A stretch of DNA of 63,525 nucleotides, the filler included, from Folioceros fuciformis (taxonomy: Eukaryota): assembly GCA_049999805.1 (NCBI GenBank). It is 6 parts of 6 records of this genome, joined end to end, with 100 filler letters (N's around TTAATTAATTAA, not from the genome) between each part and the next. Parts side by side here need not be neighbours in the genome. Positions count along the whole stretch, not along the records: positions 1 to 15,408 come from JBNGIO010005605.1; positions 15,509 to 26,546 come from JBNGIO010005610.1; 4 more parts are not named here. One strand, 5' to 3'. Each line of letters starts with the position of its first letter. Position 1 is the first letter of the stretch. Positions 12,934 through 25,129 of this stretch are shown here, one piece after another. The notes under the pieces are model-generated. The model was not told the DNA's origin and ran no database searches. It worked only from the letters and a program-made list of their open reading frames with translations. A program made the position numbers and the translations under genes.

Positions 12934-15408
12934 TCAAGGGCTAAAAAAATATGGGTCAGCATAAGTGAGTAAGGTGGGTAAAGAATCTAAGGCTGATGTA
13001 TCGGGAGTCTGATTTACAGAATTTGGCTGAACCAGAAGTTCTGACCCATCTAATGAGTGCTTAACTCTGTCCTGTATATCATCAGGGCTAGCAGCAACGA
13101 GAGGTTCAACATTGGTAGAGAGCAGCACTGGGAAATCATGGGGGGGAAAACTTGAAACATCATCAAAATTAGATTCTTCAATATGAGTAACAGAAAACTG
13201 ATTATTAGGTAAGGAGTCCAGATATGGCTTGGTTGGAGATAATAACTCCTTAAATGTAATGCTCCAAGCAAAAACTGCTACTTGGGTAAGTGTGTCATAT
13301 AACTTATGTGCTTTCACTTCCTCTCCGTACCCTATAAAAATCATACGTTTAGCTTGGCCTTCCAACTTATGACGTTTGGCAGCTGGTACTTATACATATG
13401 TAGGAGAGCCGAATACTCAAAGATGAAGTAGATTCGGCTTCCTTCGCTACATGACCTCAAAAGGTGTCTTTCCAACAACTGCTTTGGTCAAGAGTCGATT
13501 AAGAAGGTAAGTAGCTATTACCACAGCTTCGCCCCAGAAGGCCTTACTTAACCTTGATCACTCCAGCATGCTCCTGGTCATCCCTAACAAAGTTTGATTT
13601 CTTTGTTCAGATACGCCATTTTGCTGCTGAGTGTAGGGCACAATTAGTTGTCTACCAATTCCATGATTTGTCAGATATAGATTGAAGTGAGAGTTAACAA
13701 ACTATGTCCCATTGTCTGTGCGGAGACATTTCAACGAACTACTAATCTAGCGTTGGACCATGCGCAACCACTCCTTAAAGATGTCAAAAGTGTCAGACTT
13801 GAGGAAAAGAGGGTAAGTCCATGAATATCTACGGTAGTCATCGGTAAGAGTAAGGTAGTATTGGGCACCTCCCAAGCTAGAAATGTGAATTCTACCAGAG
13901 ATATTGGCATGGACTTACTCTAAAACTTGTGATGCACGATGTACTACAGACCTAGGAAACAAAAGTTCCTCCAGCTTAGCGACAACATAGGCGTCACACA
14001 GAGAGAGATCCTTGAAACACTTTGGCAAAGGTTCCCTATGACAAGTAAGGCTAGACATCTGGATTAATTTATCACAATTTGCATGACCTAACCTGGCATG
14101 CCAGAGACTGGCTTCATCAACGTGGGACAAACGAGGAGAGTGAACAACATCACCAGATAAATACAATCATTTGATAGAGATTGTGAACTAATAGGCCATC
14201 AGCTACGTTTGTTCTATCTCCCCCTCTCTTCACCATAGTATAACCAATAGAGGTGAAGAGGAGATCAGACTGATGCAGTGACAAGAGCTGGCTGACAAAT
14301 AACAAATTCTTAGCCATGTGAGGAACATGCAAGACATGATCCAGGTGAAGGATTGAGCCATAAAAACGACGAAAACGACAAGTACCACTCCCCCTAATCC
14401 ACAACTCTGTACGAGTAAGTTCATCTCCTAGCAAGGCATTGTTAGTAGTAACAGAGGGCCTATAGGAACTAAACAAAGACTGATCTTTGTAGATATGAGA
14501 TGTGGAACTAAAGTCAAGGTACCAAACATGTGAGGGGGAAGTAATAGAAGAAACAAGACAAACTGTCATCACTACGAGTTGCTTGCTTGAAGAGGAAGAA
14601 CTATCTTTAGTGGTAGCCACGCGAGCTTCACCCGGTCTGCTAGGTTTCTCAGCTTTGCACGGTTCACCACCTTTCTTCTTCCGATATTCCCTTTCCCAAT
14701 GGCCCTAGATACCACACCAATTGTAGGTACCAATCCATTTTGTTGAGGCAGGCTTGGATGGAGAAGCTCCAAAGGTAGGCCTACTGTTATTGTTCTTTCC
14801 TTGTGTGAAAAGAACCTTGTCAGTTTTAATTCGTCCAGTATGTGGGAAAGAATGTAATCAACTTTGCTACTCTCGTAACAGAGCCCCGACCACATCCGTG
14901 AAATTGATGCGAGGGGTTTTTACCAATTGCCACGACCTTGTCAGCTTCACACTAGGAAGCACCATTGCTAGAAACAAAAGGCTGGTAGCTTAGAGGCAAA
15001 CTAGTGAGAAGTTGGGCAACAACATCCAACTCAGGAAATGAGGAGCCAAGGTGAATTAGTTGAGCATGCAATTGTCGAAAGCGAAGAATAGAAGGTGAGA
15101 CCTTTTCTCCTTCCTTTAAACGTAGAGAGAACAATTCTCCTCTAATAGTGCACATTGTGAGTATGTTTTTGCTTTATAAGTTTGCAGGAGTTGCGTCTAA
15201 ATGTCCTTTGCTTTGGGAATAAAGGCCACATCAAGAAGAAGAGCCTTGTCCAATCCACTAATGAGAACGACACGAGTGACATTATTAAGGTTATCCCACT
15301 CGTTCTTGTCTTCTTCTGTGGTCGTTGCAACGGGCTCAGGAATCATTCCACTAACAACTCCCCATACGTGCTATGCTTGTGGGGCAGCTATAATGCGCAC
15401 TTGCCAAC
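12934..15408 (-). mobile_element. Degenerate Ty1/copia gag-protease-integrase remnant (no RT), cut by a contig end
   Basis: Gag CTIRGELFSLRLKEGEKV, protease WYLDFSSTSH, GAG-pre-integrase LWHARLGH and integrase tail MIFIGYGEEVKAHKLYD, with many stops. Same family as 47216-52889 (shared SSSSKQLVVMTVC, GDELTRT, REPLPKCFKDL). Confidence 0.9.
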
Positions 15409-15508
15409 NNNNNNNNNNNNNNNNNNNNNNNNNNNNNNNNNNNNNNNNNNNNTTAATTAATTAANNNNNNNNNNNNNNNNNNNNNNNNNNNNNNNNNNNN
15501 NNNNNNNN
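15409..15508. other. Artificial assembly linker N44-TTAATTAATTAA-N44
   Basis: Identical 100-bp structure occurs five times; the 12-mer gives stops in all six frames. Confidence 0.97.
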
Positions 15509-15599
15509 CAGCACACTTATCTCTCGTCTTTGCCTTTCAATCTAGCTTGCACCTTACATGTCTGTGCTTCCCAGTCCCCACTACAAGGCAAGAAGAGCT

Positions 15600-18040
15600 T
15601 CCAGCCATCGCTTGCCGGCAGGTTGCGGGGCCTTGGGCCAACGCGTTGCATCCTGCCGCACCTCACGGAAGCTTCAAGTTCAGTATTTGCACTTGAGGAA
15701 TGGTACTGTGGGAGTGAGTGCCCTCGCCAAAGGCTTTTGCGGCAGGGAACCTGGACTTGCGGGAGAATGAAGGTGGGAGTTGCTGCAGCACCTGGCCAGC
15801 ATTCTGGCGTCTGCTCCCGAATTCAAGAATCTGCCACAGCATGACAGCAACATGGATGTGGCCGGAGCGCATGGATTGGGATGCTCTTCCGCTCTGTTCC
15901 ACGCTCCGCAAGTTTAAGCGGTGTTCGAACACGGCGAGCGCCTAGCCGGACAGCATTCCTTGGGAATATTCAAGGATGGATTTGTTGCTACAACTTTGCT
16001 GCATGGAACCTTGAACGACATCCTCGACCACACGCAAATGCAGGGCATTCGTGCTGAATACCTGGTATTATTGATGAAGAGACTAAACTTGTGCTACGAA
16101 GATCATGCCAATCGAAGCCCAGAATTCTTCGTTCCCTTCACCTTGGATGACGCTGAAGGTAAAGCTCTTCAAGGGGAACGACAGCTGGATTGGAAGGGTG
16201 GTGCGGCGTCCAAGTACAATTACGTGGGCAGGCGGCTACAATTCCGAGATGAAACAAAGACATTTCTCGGTCCAGGCTGCTCAAGATTCCAGATACGTTG
16301 CCGTCTGAGCTCTCTTTTGTTAGTCATATAACCTCTCTTGGGTTTTATGACGTGGCCATTGCTGTGTTGTGTTGTGACTCGAGTTCTTGTAGGGCGGAGA
16401 TGTGGAACATGGATGGCAGCCTTCCAACAGAAGGACCCATTCGTCCTATAGCCTGTCTTGCACTGCCACCGCTCCAATCGGAAACCTGAACCCTCTACTG
16501 ACGGCTAATATGAGTTCATGACCGGGGCAATGCCAATGGCATCATATCATGCTCAAATGAGGAAGTGCAGAAGGAATTTCTTCTACGCCCTACCATGTCC
16601 AGCAGACAATCTCAGGACGAAAGGTTCCAAACAGGCTGACGGTGGAGAGGACGAAAGGTTCCAAACAGGTTGAAAGTGGAGAGGACTAGAGCTTATTCAC
16701 ATCAGGACTCTTTCTACCTGGAACATTCGGCGGACGGGGTCCACAAATTGAGGGTTTGTCTTCCGACAATGTGGAGAATGAGACTGTTTTTCCTCTCCTT
16801 GTTTGCTCCTTGTTTGGCACACACTGAATAGCATAAGTGTTCATGCCCCCATATCTGGGGTCACCAAGCTGCAGTTGCGTATCTGGAACAGCGAGGAGCC
16901 AGGCCTGGCCGACGCGCTGGCCGGAATGTTGCGCACCATTGATTGTATCACGGAGCTTAGGATCGGCTGTTTTGTTGTCAAGTTCGGCCTAGACACCTGG
17001 CGCCACAACTCCACCCGCTCTCATCTTATGTTGTGGAACTACGACGGTGACGAGTCGTTAAGTCAACTTTCGATGTCGTTTCTGGAATGCAAATCGGTAC
17101 GCATCCTGAGTTTGGAATGGATAAACTGGCCCTCTTCCCTAACACCGTTGGTGCAGTCTTTGGAGAAAAATACACCTTTGAATGAGCTCCGCTTTGTGTA
17201 TTGCGTGGCACTCGACGATGAGGGACTTTTCTCCCTTGGGCAGGCATGGTATATATTTTCGAGGTACGTACAATCTGGGATTTGAATCAACCCAGACGGG
17301 CAGTCTCATTCAGAGGGAAAAGGTCCAAAGGAAGGGATGACGATGAATGGGCTGGGAGCCTAGCTGAGCTGCGCTGAGCTGAGCAGAACTGAGGTGGTGG
17401 GATCCTACAGTCCATAGACCCACCTTCCATGTGAAGGAAGGCATCTCTCCTGCGTTGGTCTGGAAGGGTGGTACAGCGCTCAAGTACACGTACTTAGGGA
17501 GGCGGCTACTATGCCGAGAGACTGGACGGGTGGTACAGTGCGCAAGTACAACTACTTAGAGAGGTGGCTACAATGCCGAGATAAACGAACACGTTTGTCG
17601 TCCTGGCTTCTTTCCAAGATTCCAGGTACGTTACCTTGTGAGGTCTGTGACATTTCGTTAGTGATATATGCTCTCTTTGGCTTTCATGACATGGCCAATG
17701 GTTGTGCGTTGCAGGTCAAGTTACGACAGATCTTGTTTGATGGACCCTAGGGTATGCACTGTCATCAGTATAGCATTGCACGCAACTTGATCAAATTTAA
17801 CTAGTATGTTATGGACGTATTTTTGGAGAGCAGTGGGGATATTGGGGAGGAGACCGGGGAAATTGGTGATCGTGTTGACATTTTGATGAGGTCACTCAAG
17901 AGCAAAGACAAAACGATCGAATTTCTCCAGCAGAGTTTGGTTGCGGAGCTGAGAGCATTTTGTGCTTCTCCTGAAGGTAGTCCTGGAGTTAAACTAGTAG
18001 AAGGGATCATCAGGACTGAGTGTGTGGAGAACCTCAGAGA
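15600..18040 (+). pseudogene. Scrambled fragments of TORNADO1-like ROCO (LRR-ROC-COR) genes
   Basis: COR-like segment LVLLMKRLNLCYED..FFVPFTLDD..YVGRRLQFRDETKTFLGPG (15921-16300). A paralogous segment reads PGFFPRFQ, intron, VKLRQ (17460-17750), followed by VDILMRS..LRAFCASPEGSPGVKLVEGIIRTECVENL. LRR-like pieces at 15600-15850 and 16803-17240. Stops, frameshifts and local duplications; no ROC GTPase piece seen. Confidence 0.72.
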
Positions 18041-18106
18041 AGGAACCATCGTATCCAAAGTCAGTCACAGGGACCGCCTCTACTGGAGTCAGGGAAGGAA
18101 CCGTCA

Positions 18107-18778
18107 TATCCAAACGAAAGGGAGAAAGCAGGTCACGGGCGAGGTCTTGCAATGATAGTCAGTATAGAAAAAGGCAGAGATGGAGGACAGCTAGACAGAG
18201 GGCGACCCGACGTTCTTCTCCGTGGTCTGCCCTTGAAGTTTGAGATGGCCTGTGTGGTGGACGATCTTAAGGATGCGAAATCAACGTTGGAGCACGTTGT
18301 CAGGCATCCTGACTTCGATAAGGACGATTGCTTTCTGTTTTACGTGAATGCCCATGGTGAGACTGAAGAAGATGGTAGAGAGTATGTTTGCCTAGGTGAA
18401 GCAGACAAGGCGGAGAAGCTTTATGTTGAAGAAGTTAGTTTGAAGCCCATCGCTGAATGCGGGAATTTGGCAAACAATCCTAAGGTGGTTGTCATAAATG
18501 TTTGTCGACGCACTGGCAGTCTTGCCAAAAGCGTGAAAGCGCAGCGTTCAGGCACCGCCAGCCTTGCCACTAGCAGCAAAGCCGTGGGCTCAGACGTTGA
18601 GGAAAGCCAGGGTCCCAGCAAGAGAATTCGACCCCTGTATTATGCGAGCAACTTTGTCACCGTGTACTCCACCAGTCTTGGAGACGAATCTTTGAGAGAT
18701 GTCAAGAAAGGCCCAAACTTCATCATAGCTTTCATGAACTTCATCATAGGTTTTGTTTTTGTATGTTTGCTTAGGTGA
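18107..18778 (+). pseudogene. Caspase-like peptidase C14A domain (p20, linker, most of p10), 3' end rearranged
   Basis: Within ORF 18020-18778: YP..GRGLAMIVS, RDGGQLD, DCFLFYVNAHG (His codon 18353), CGNLANNPKVVVINVCR (Cys codon 18503), a Ser/Ala-rich linker, then SNFVTVYSTSLGDESLRDVKKGPNFIIAF. The 3' end is broken by a copy of 18382-18420 at 18761-18799. Confidence 0.8.
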
Positions 18779-19619
18779 AGCAGACAACGCCGAGAAGCTG
18801 CGGCGGAGTGCGGGAAGCCGCTGCGGGTGGGATCATTCTGTACCTCGTTGCCCGTGGCTGAGGCCACCACGTGATCTCATCGTCACTTGCTTAACAAAAA
18901 GAGATATCAGTGATGGTCACGGAGATCACCCCTCATGAAGTTTGGATGAGGTCTTCAAGAGTTCTGACCGTTAGGAACTCTTTTTTTTTTATCGAACATG
19001 GCCCACTGCTGGAGAAGTGTCGGATCGATCATGGTGCATGCTAGTCCTCGGGACTGGAAATTCAATGCCAGGACTACAACAGAAGGGAATAGTAGGATGA
19101 GGTTGATTGTGCGAAGCCATGATGCAGACCAGATTTTGTCCCCGCGGCCCGGTGACGGAAATGCGTCAGGTGCATTTCAAGCCTGGCGAGCTTGCCAGTG
19201 CCACACAAGTAAGGCAGTGGAAAGCGTGCGCATCTGCCTGGTTTGAAGAACTGCCTGGTGTCGCAGCCCTTGTGTTGCTTGTTCATGGTTTGATCTTTCG
19301 GCTTGCTTTCAGGTAGACCAAGGGCATGTCAGGCAGTGTGGAACAATTTCATTGCGGACAGCACTACTGGCAAGGTATGATGCTCTGGTGGCTGAGGATT
19401 AGCTGTTGAATTCGAGAGCACCCAGGCACGGACTGACTCGCACTTAGTGCACTGCAAAACGAGGAGAGCTGCTTGTTTTGAATTCTGGTCGAATCAGGTG
19501 CAGTGCAGATAAGCTGCCCTCAACCGGTCATTCAGCCAGGGACTCTACCCTCAATCGGAGGAAAGAGTCCAGGGACGGCGGAAAGCTGAAGGAACGCGAG
19601 CGAGCGTTGTAGATGTAAC

Positions 19620-21366
19620 GATGTCCATGGATGCAGTGACCTTTCCAACGATGGACTGGCTGGTGACAGGGAAATTTGTGGCATGGAATGCACTGGTTCC
19701 TGGGAATGCAACGGAGGGGCTCGACTGTTCTGTATGGACGTTTGTTCTGTCTAGACAGAATGGATCAGGAGGGCCTGATTTTGGCGGACTATGGCACTGT
19801 TTGTGTCCCTGCTGCAGGCATGTGCAAGTTTGGGCATACCAGTAAAGGTCACTGGAGAGTAGCTTCATGCGGAGATAAGGGAAAGAGGGTTTGACGGGGA
19901 TCTATTCTTGGGCAATAGTTTAGTCAACATGTATGCAAAGAATGGCAGCTTGAAAGACTTGAAGAGAGTGTTTGACGCATCCGAAAGGAAAGATGTGATG
20001 ATTTGGACCACTCTACTCGCAGGATATTCCCAGCCGGGCATGGGCCAGGAAGCCCTTGCTCTTTACGGAGCAATGGAAGAGGAAGGCATTGTTGCACCTG
20101 ATGCTGTGACATTTGTGTGCCCACTGCACGCATGTGCAAGTATGGGATCCCCAGCTTTGGAGATGGGGAATCAGCTTCATGTGCAAATTACGGAACAAGG
20201 GTACCAAGCTGATGTATCTGTAGCCAACAGTTTGGTGAACATGTATGCAAAGTGCGGCAGTCTGGAGGATGCCCAGGAAGTGTTTGATGGACTTGGTCAC
20301 AAAGATGTGGTGACATGGACTGCTCTGATTTCAGGATACGCACAGGAGGGCATGGGCAAGGAAGCCCTTCAAGTGTACGGTGCCATGGAAGAAGAGGGCA
20401 TAGCTGTGCCAAATTCTGTGACACTGACGTGCCTCCTGCAGGCCTGTGCGTGTGTGGGGGCCTTGGCTTTGGAGATGGGGAAGCAGCTGCACACCCAAGA
20501 ACAAGGGCTTGAAGCTGATGTGAACGTAGCCATCAGTTTGGTGAAGAATGTACTCAAAGTGTGGTAGCCTAGATGATGCGCAGAGGGTGTTTGGCAGATT
20601 AGATCGGAAAGATGTAGTGACGTGGACAGTTCTCATTGCAGGATATTCACGGCAAGGAATGGGCGTCAAGGCCCTTAGCGTTTACCGTGCTATGCAAGAG
20701 GATGGGGTAGCTGTGCCTGATTGTGTCACATTAGTGTGCTTCCTGCAGGCGTGTGCAAATGTGGCAGCTTTGCATCTGGGAAGGCAGCTACCTGTGCGGA
20801 TCAAACAGCAAGGATTTGAAGTTGATGTAATTGTCGCTGGCAGTTTGATTAACATGTATGCAAAGTGGGGAAGCATGGTTGAAGCACGGCAGGTGTTCGA
20901 TTCATTGTCTGACAAAACCATCGTTGCCTGGAACGGACTGATTGCAGATTACAGCCACCAAGGAGATAGTGAAGAGGTTTTGGACTTGCTTCGCAGAATG
21001 GGAGTGGACGGTATACTGCCAGACATCATAACGTTCCTTGGTGTGCTGACAGTCTGTGGTCATACAGGTCAAGTGAACAAGGGGTGGGAGTCCTTCGAAA
21101 GCATGAGCAGCCACAGTGGCATCACCCCAACGGTGGAGCACTACGCATGCATGGTAGGTCTCCTGGGCCGTGCACGCCGACTGGACGAGGCACAAGGCCT
21201 GGTCAGGAGCATACATGTACCACCTGATGCCACAGTTTGGCACACTCTGTTGGGGGCCGCTCAAAAGTGGAGGAACGTGGAGGTTGGACGCCATGCTTTC
21301 AAGCAAGCAGTGAAGCTAGACAAGAAAGATGCAGCAGCCTACGTGTTGATGTCCAACATGCCCTAA
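19620..21366 (+). pseudogene. PLS-class PPR protein with E domain (organellar RNA-editing-factor type), frameshifted and truncated
   Basis: Repeating P-L-S motifs (NSLVNMYAKCGSLEDAQEVFD, VVTWTALISGYAQEG, VTLTCLLQACA), S2 TPTVEHYACMVGLLGRA, E1 VWHTLLGA and E2 AAYVLMSN. Frameshift near 20547, stop at 21364 inside E2, decayed 5' part. Intronless. Confidence 0.92.
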
Positions 21367-23502
21367 ACACCAGAGCCGAAATTCGGAGCAACCACAGGCC
21401 TTGCAGAGGAAGAGGGTGAGAATTAAGGCATGAAGCAGACGGGACAAAGGTGGTGGACAGACATGGACGGCCAGTGGGCTGGTGCACAGTTTTTGTTGTT
21501 GGGGATATTGTTCAAAAAGTGTGAAGTGGGAACCTTGTGATGAAAAGAAGGACAAGGTGGTCACTTCAAATCTTCCAAGATGGAAATGGGGCTTGCATGA
21601 GATTTGAGGGTTGAATGTGAAGTACCAATAATGTACGGATTGTGGTCTTGTACTTTGTGAACAAGTAACTATCGAACCCGGAGAAGAGCGGAGTCACGTC
21701 TCTTCGAACTACTGAGGCCGAATGACTGGGAGGACTAGACCAGACCACATGGACATAATTGTCAGAGATGCTCGCCGGGTCCATCTCTTCAAGGCTGGGT
21801 TTCCTGCTGGGATTGTCCTCAGCAGTCGTACCAATGTCGGTCTTCTCCACATTGTCTGAAGGATTTTAGCACAACTGTGCAGCTGGAGGCTGGAGCCTGA
21901 TTATATCTGAACATGAAGAATCTGGTGGATTTTGCGTTTGGCGAAGATTAAGGAGTTTGTTTATGGAGGGAGCGCAACAGTCTTGAGGAGATTCGGGAGA
22001 CTGGAATTTTGAGAATATTCGGAATGTAGTCTGAATATGTTGTCTAAACCTCTTCCGAGATGCCGTACATGTCTCAAATTCGAATGTGATGCTTAGTAGA
22101 TCGACTCTGTGGCCGCGCTGGTCTCCCGGGCATCTTGGCCACGTCGTGGTGTGAGACGTGATATCACGGTTTGAAACCTGCTCATCCGGTCGTCCATAGC
22201 CCTATACCTGGACGGCCTCCCCCCTCAGTAGCTGCAGCTGCTCGTTGTAGCCGAAATGAGTCCTTCCCGTTGCGTACCCGCCAATCGTCTGCACGGAATC
22301 CGGAATGCGTGTCTGGCTGATTATGAACTCTTTGGCCCGTCTTCTGGTCTTGTTCCTCCCGCCTCTCTTCTCCTGGCCTGGGAGGCGCAGGAGGAGAGAG
22401 GTATGGAACTAGGCACCGCAATGGGATCCTGGCAGCGCAGGCAGCCACTACAACGTAGTGTGAAAAGGCAGTGTTGGTGGAAGCGCGCACCGTGGAAGGC
22501 ATCACGGGATGCTTTAAATTTGTTGTAGCATCGCAACTCCCAATCCCCGTGAAAACTGTCTGAAACATCTCGCTCCAGTAACATTGAATCAAGTTCTATG
22601 GCAGTCCAATAAACAAGCAACACAACACTTGCTGCTTGCAGAATCACAAGGAAGTGATTTAAACTGATACCTGGTGGAATTGGATTCCAACACACAAGCA
22701 AGCCAACCAATGCTTCTTCCAAATCATGGCAAACTGCTGTCTTGTAGTGTCGGATTCCAACAACAGAAGCATGGCTACTCCGTCTTCAAAGGGCACAAGG
22801 AAGAAACTGCGTCCCGGACTGAAATTCACCACACAAGTAGCCACCGACGATTCCAAAGCACAAGGAAGAAACTCATGGCGTTCTCCGGATCCGGGACGTG
22901 GACAGGGTGAACAACGACACCATGGAGACGGGTCATGGAGTTTTGCGAGTATCACGTTACGGCAGCGCTTCGTCGGAAGGACGAACTCAGACAGTGGTTT
23001 CGTATGGAAGCACCAGGGCTTTGGGGCCATCGTTTGTGAAATTGACTTTGGCATAGATGAACCTGTGGTCGACGTGCCTAATCCTTGCCTCCTCCATCAC
23101 CTGCATAGTCCAGTGCCCTTCACAACCTTCTACAGTGCGGGGCTTTTTAATCTTCTTCGCCTCATACACCTAGCTAAGGATGCGCAGCATCACCTATGGA
23201 TAATTTGGCCTAATCATATGGTCGGTGGCAATGGAATCCCATCAGTTGGAATTTCTAAGGGGAGAAACCAATCTATCTTCCCGTCTGCTTGTCAGCCATG
23301 ATCTGCGCATCTGCGTAATTGCCTGGAAGAAGAGGTCATTTGGAGGACCGCAGCCGGTCGTGGCGGCCACCTCCATCATATGGTGTCCGAGTGTGAGTCC
23401 GTCCATTTTTCTTGCAGTGAGTTCTCTGTTTCCTAGCATTCTTGAACAATTGCTTGCTCGAGGGCTGCAATAGCCTGGTGTAAATCTTCCATCTCGGTGT
23501 CC

Positions 23503-23873
23503 ATAATACAGTAAGCTTATTCTTATGTAGAGATGTCTACAATACAGTAAGCTTGATTCTTGATGTAGAGATCTCCACAATACAGTACGCTTGATTCTTG
23601 ATGGAGAGATCTCCACAATACAATAAGCTTGATTCTTGATATAGAGATCTCCACAATACAATAAGCTTGATTCTTGATGTAGAGAAGCTTGATTCTTGAT
23701 GTAGAGATCTTCACAATACTGATTCTTGATATAGAGATCTCCCAATATAATAAGCTTATTCTTGATGTAGAGATCGTCACAATACAATAAGCTTGAAATA
23801 CAGTAAGCTTGATTCCTGATGTAGAGATCTCCACAATACAATAAGCTTGATTCTTGATGTAGAGATCTCCACA
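23503..23873. repeat. 38-bp minisatellite (AAGCTTGATTCTTGATGTAGAGATCTCCACAATACAAT), about 10 degenerate copies
   Basis: Head-to-tail units with internal deletions and no unique spacers. Confidence 0.92.
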
Positions 23874-23936
23874 CCCTCATTATCTTTGAACAATTCAACT
23901 TTGCTTGCCTCCAACAAGTATCAAGAGCTCAAGCTC

Positions 23937-24026
23937 ATATTCAGGTAATATCATCTGCAAGGTACTATATTCAGGTAATATCATCTGCAAGGTACTATAT
24001 TCAGGTAATATCATCTGCAAGGTACT
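23937..24026. repeat. Perfect 30-bp tandem triplication (ATATTCAGGTAATATCATCTGCAAGGTACT)
   Basis: Directly visible; another two-copy tandem of about 43 bp lies at 24452-24533. Confidence 0.95.
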
Positions 24027-24675
24027 AAGTATGCACTGATGCTCAACAGCAGTAATTTATGATTATCCCCAACCCAAACTCCAAACTTTCACATCCTACA
24101 TAGCAGGACAACTCTATCATAGAGAGAGGGGATTGTGGAGATTATTATGTTCACCACAAAAAGTATAAGTTTAAGTAATCTCAAGTTATATACAAATAAA
24201 TCGAGATTGACAAGGTATGAGGTTGTTGGGAAGCCAACCTTTATTTCTTGATTCCTTGATAGCTTTATGAAATGGATGTGTTACTATATATGTATTGGTA
24301 AATTTAAATATGGAGACTTACTATCTTTTAGAAGATTATAAATGTATGCTTAGATTACTAGTTTAATGTATACAAGTGTTCATTGAGACTCCATACGTTG
24401 CCCATAGATCGTAGTTAGTGTGATCTTTTGTGCCTTAAGCTTGCCAACGTCATTGAGGCCAAGCATGACATCATTCCTCTCTTCTAGTCCCCATATTGAG
24501 GCCAAGCATGACATCATTCCTCTCTTCTAGTCCCAGGTGCTCACCTACATGTGTACCATAGCCGAGCTATCTAAGTACAAACTGAAGGCCGACCTTCGTA
24601 TGAACCGCAGTTTAGAAGGACATATAGCCTGTTTCTCATTCCAATACAGAGTCTGACTATTTTTTTTCCTTTGGC

Positions 24676-24870
24676 AGGCATCATATATTTTCGAGTTATG
24701 TACATACAATGTGGGATTTTGAAGCAACCCGGAAGGACAGTCCCATTCAGAGGAAAAATGTCCAAAGGACAGGATGACAATGAATGGGCTAGGAGCCTAG
24801 CTGAGCTGAGCTGGTGGGATTCGACGCTCCACAAACCTAACTTCCATGTGAAGGAAGGCATCTCTCCTGC
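24676..24870 (+). repeat. Diverged direct duplicate of 17241-17452
   Basis: Shared CAGGCAT..ATATTTTCGAG, CATTCAGAGG, TGAATGGGCT.GGAGCCTAGCTGAGCTG and CTTCCATGTGAAGGAAGGCATCTCTCCTGC; both copies end at the same base. Confidence 0.88.
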
Positions 24871-25129
24871 ACCGAGCAGTGTAGCAACAGTTATGTTCTG
24901 TCCTGTTGTGACAAGCGGGGGGAGGGAAGGAAGGCTTGGTGTCTTTTATCCTCCTCTAGTGTGTGCTGTGAGGTTCATGTCCCCTGGCCTGGCCTAGCCT
25001 AGCCTAGCCTTGTCTGGTCTCCCAATCCATTGTGTTGTGTGTGAGCTTTTGCCCTTGCTACAAAGCAAGTCAGGTCAGGTTATGCAGACAAGCCATTCTT
25101 CATGTTTGCTCGTACTGGGAAGCCCAGCC

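Noticed and set aside
15409-15508. Recurrent TTAATTAATTAA palindrome (also at 26547, 43460, 52890, 56939)
   Set aside because: Always centred in exactly 44+44 Ns; it is an artificial six-frame-stop contig linker.
18107-18778. Ordinary plant metacaspase
   Set aside because: Lacks the metacaspase YSGHG and D[AS]CHSG motifs and acidic S1 residues; has PKxxxINVCR and a caspase-type p10 SxR motif instead.
21566-23470. Several ORFs of 90-190 aa on both strands
   Set aside because: No recognisable domain or consistent splice structure; possibly decayed gene fragments but unassignable by eye.
23503-23873. CRISPR-like array of 38-bp repeats
   Set aside because: Units are head-to-tail with no unique spacers, there are no cas genes, and the context is eukaryotic. 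ORFs 23242-23898 and 23523-23834 are repeat artefacts.
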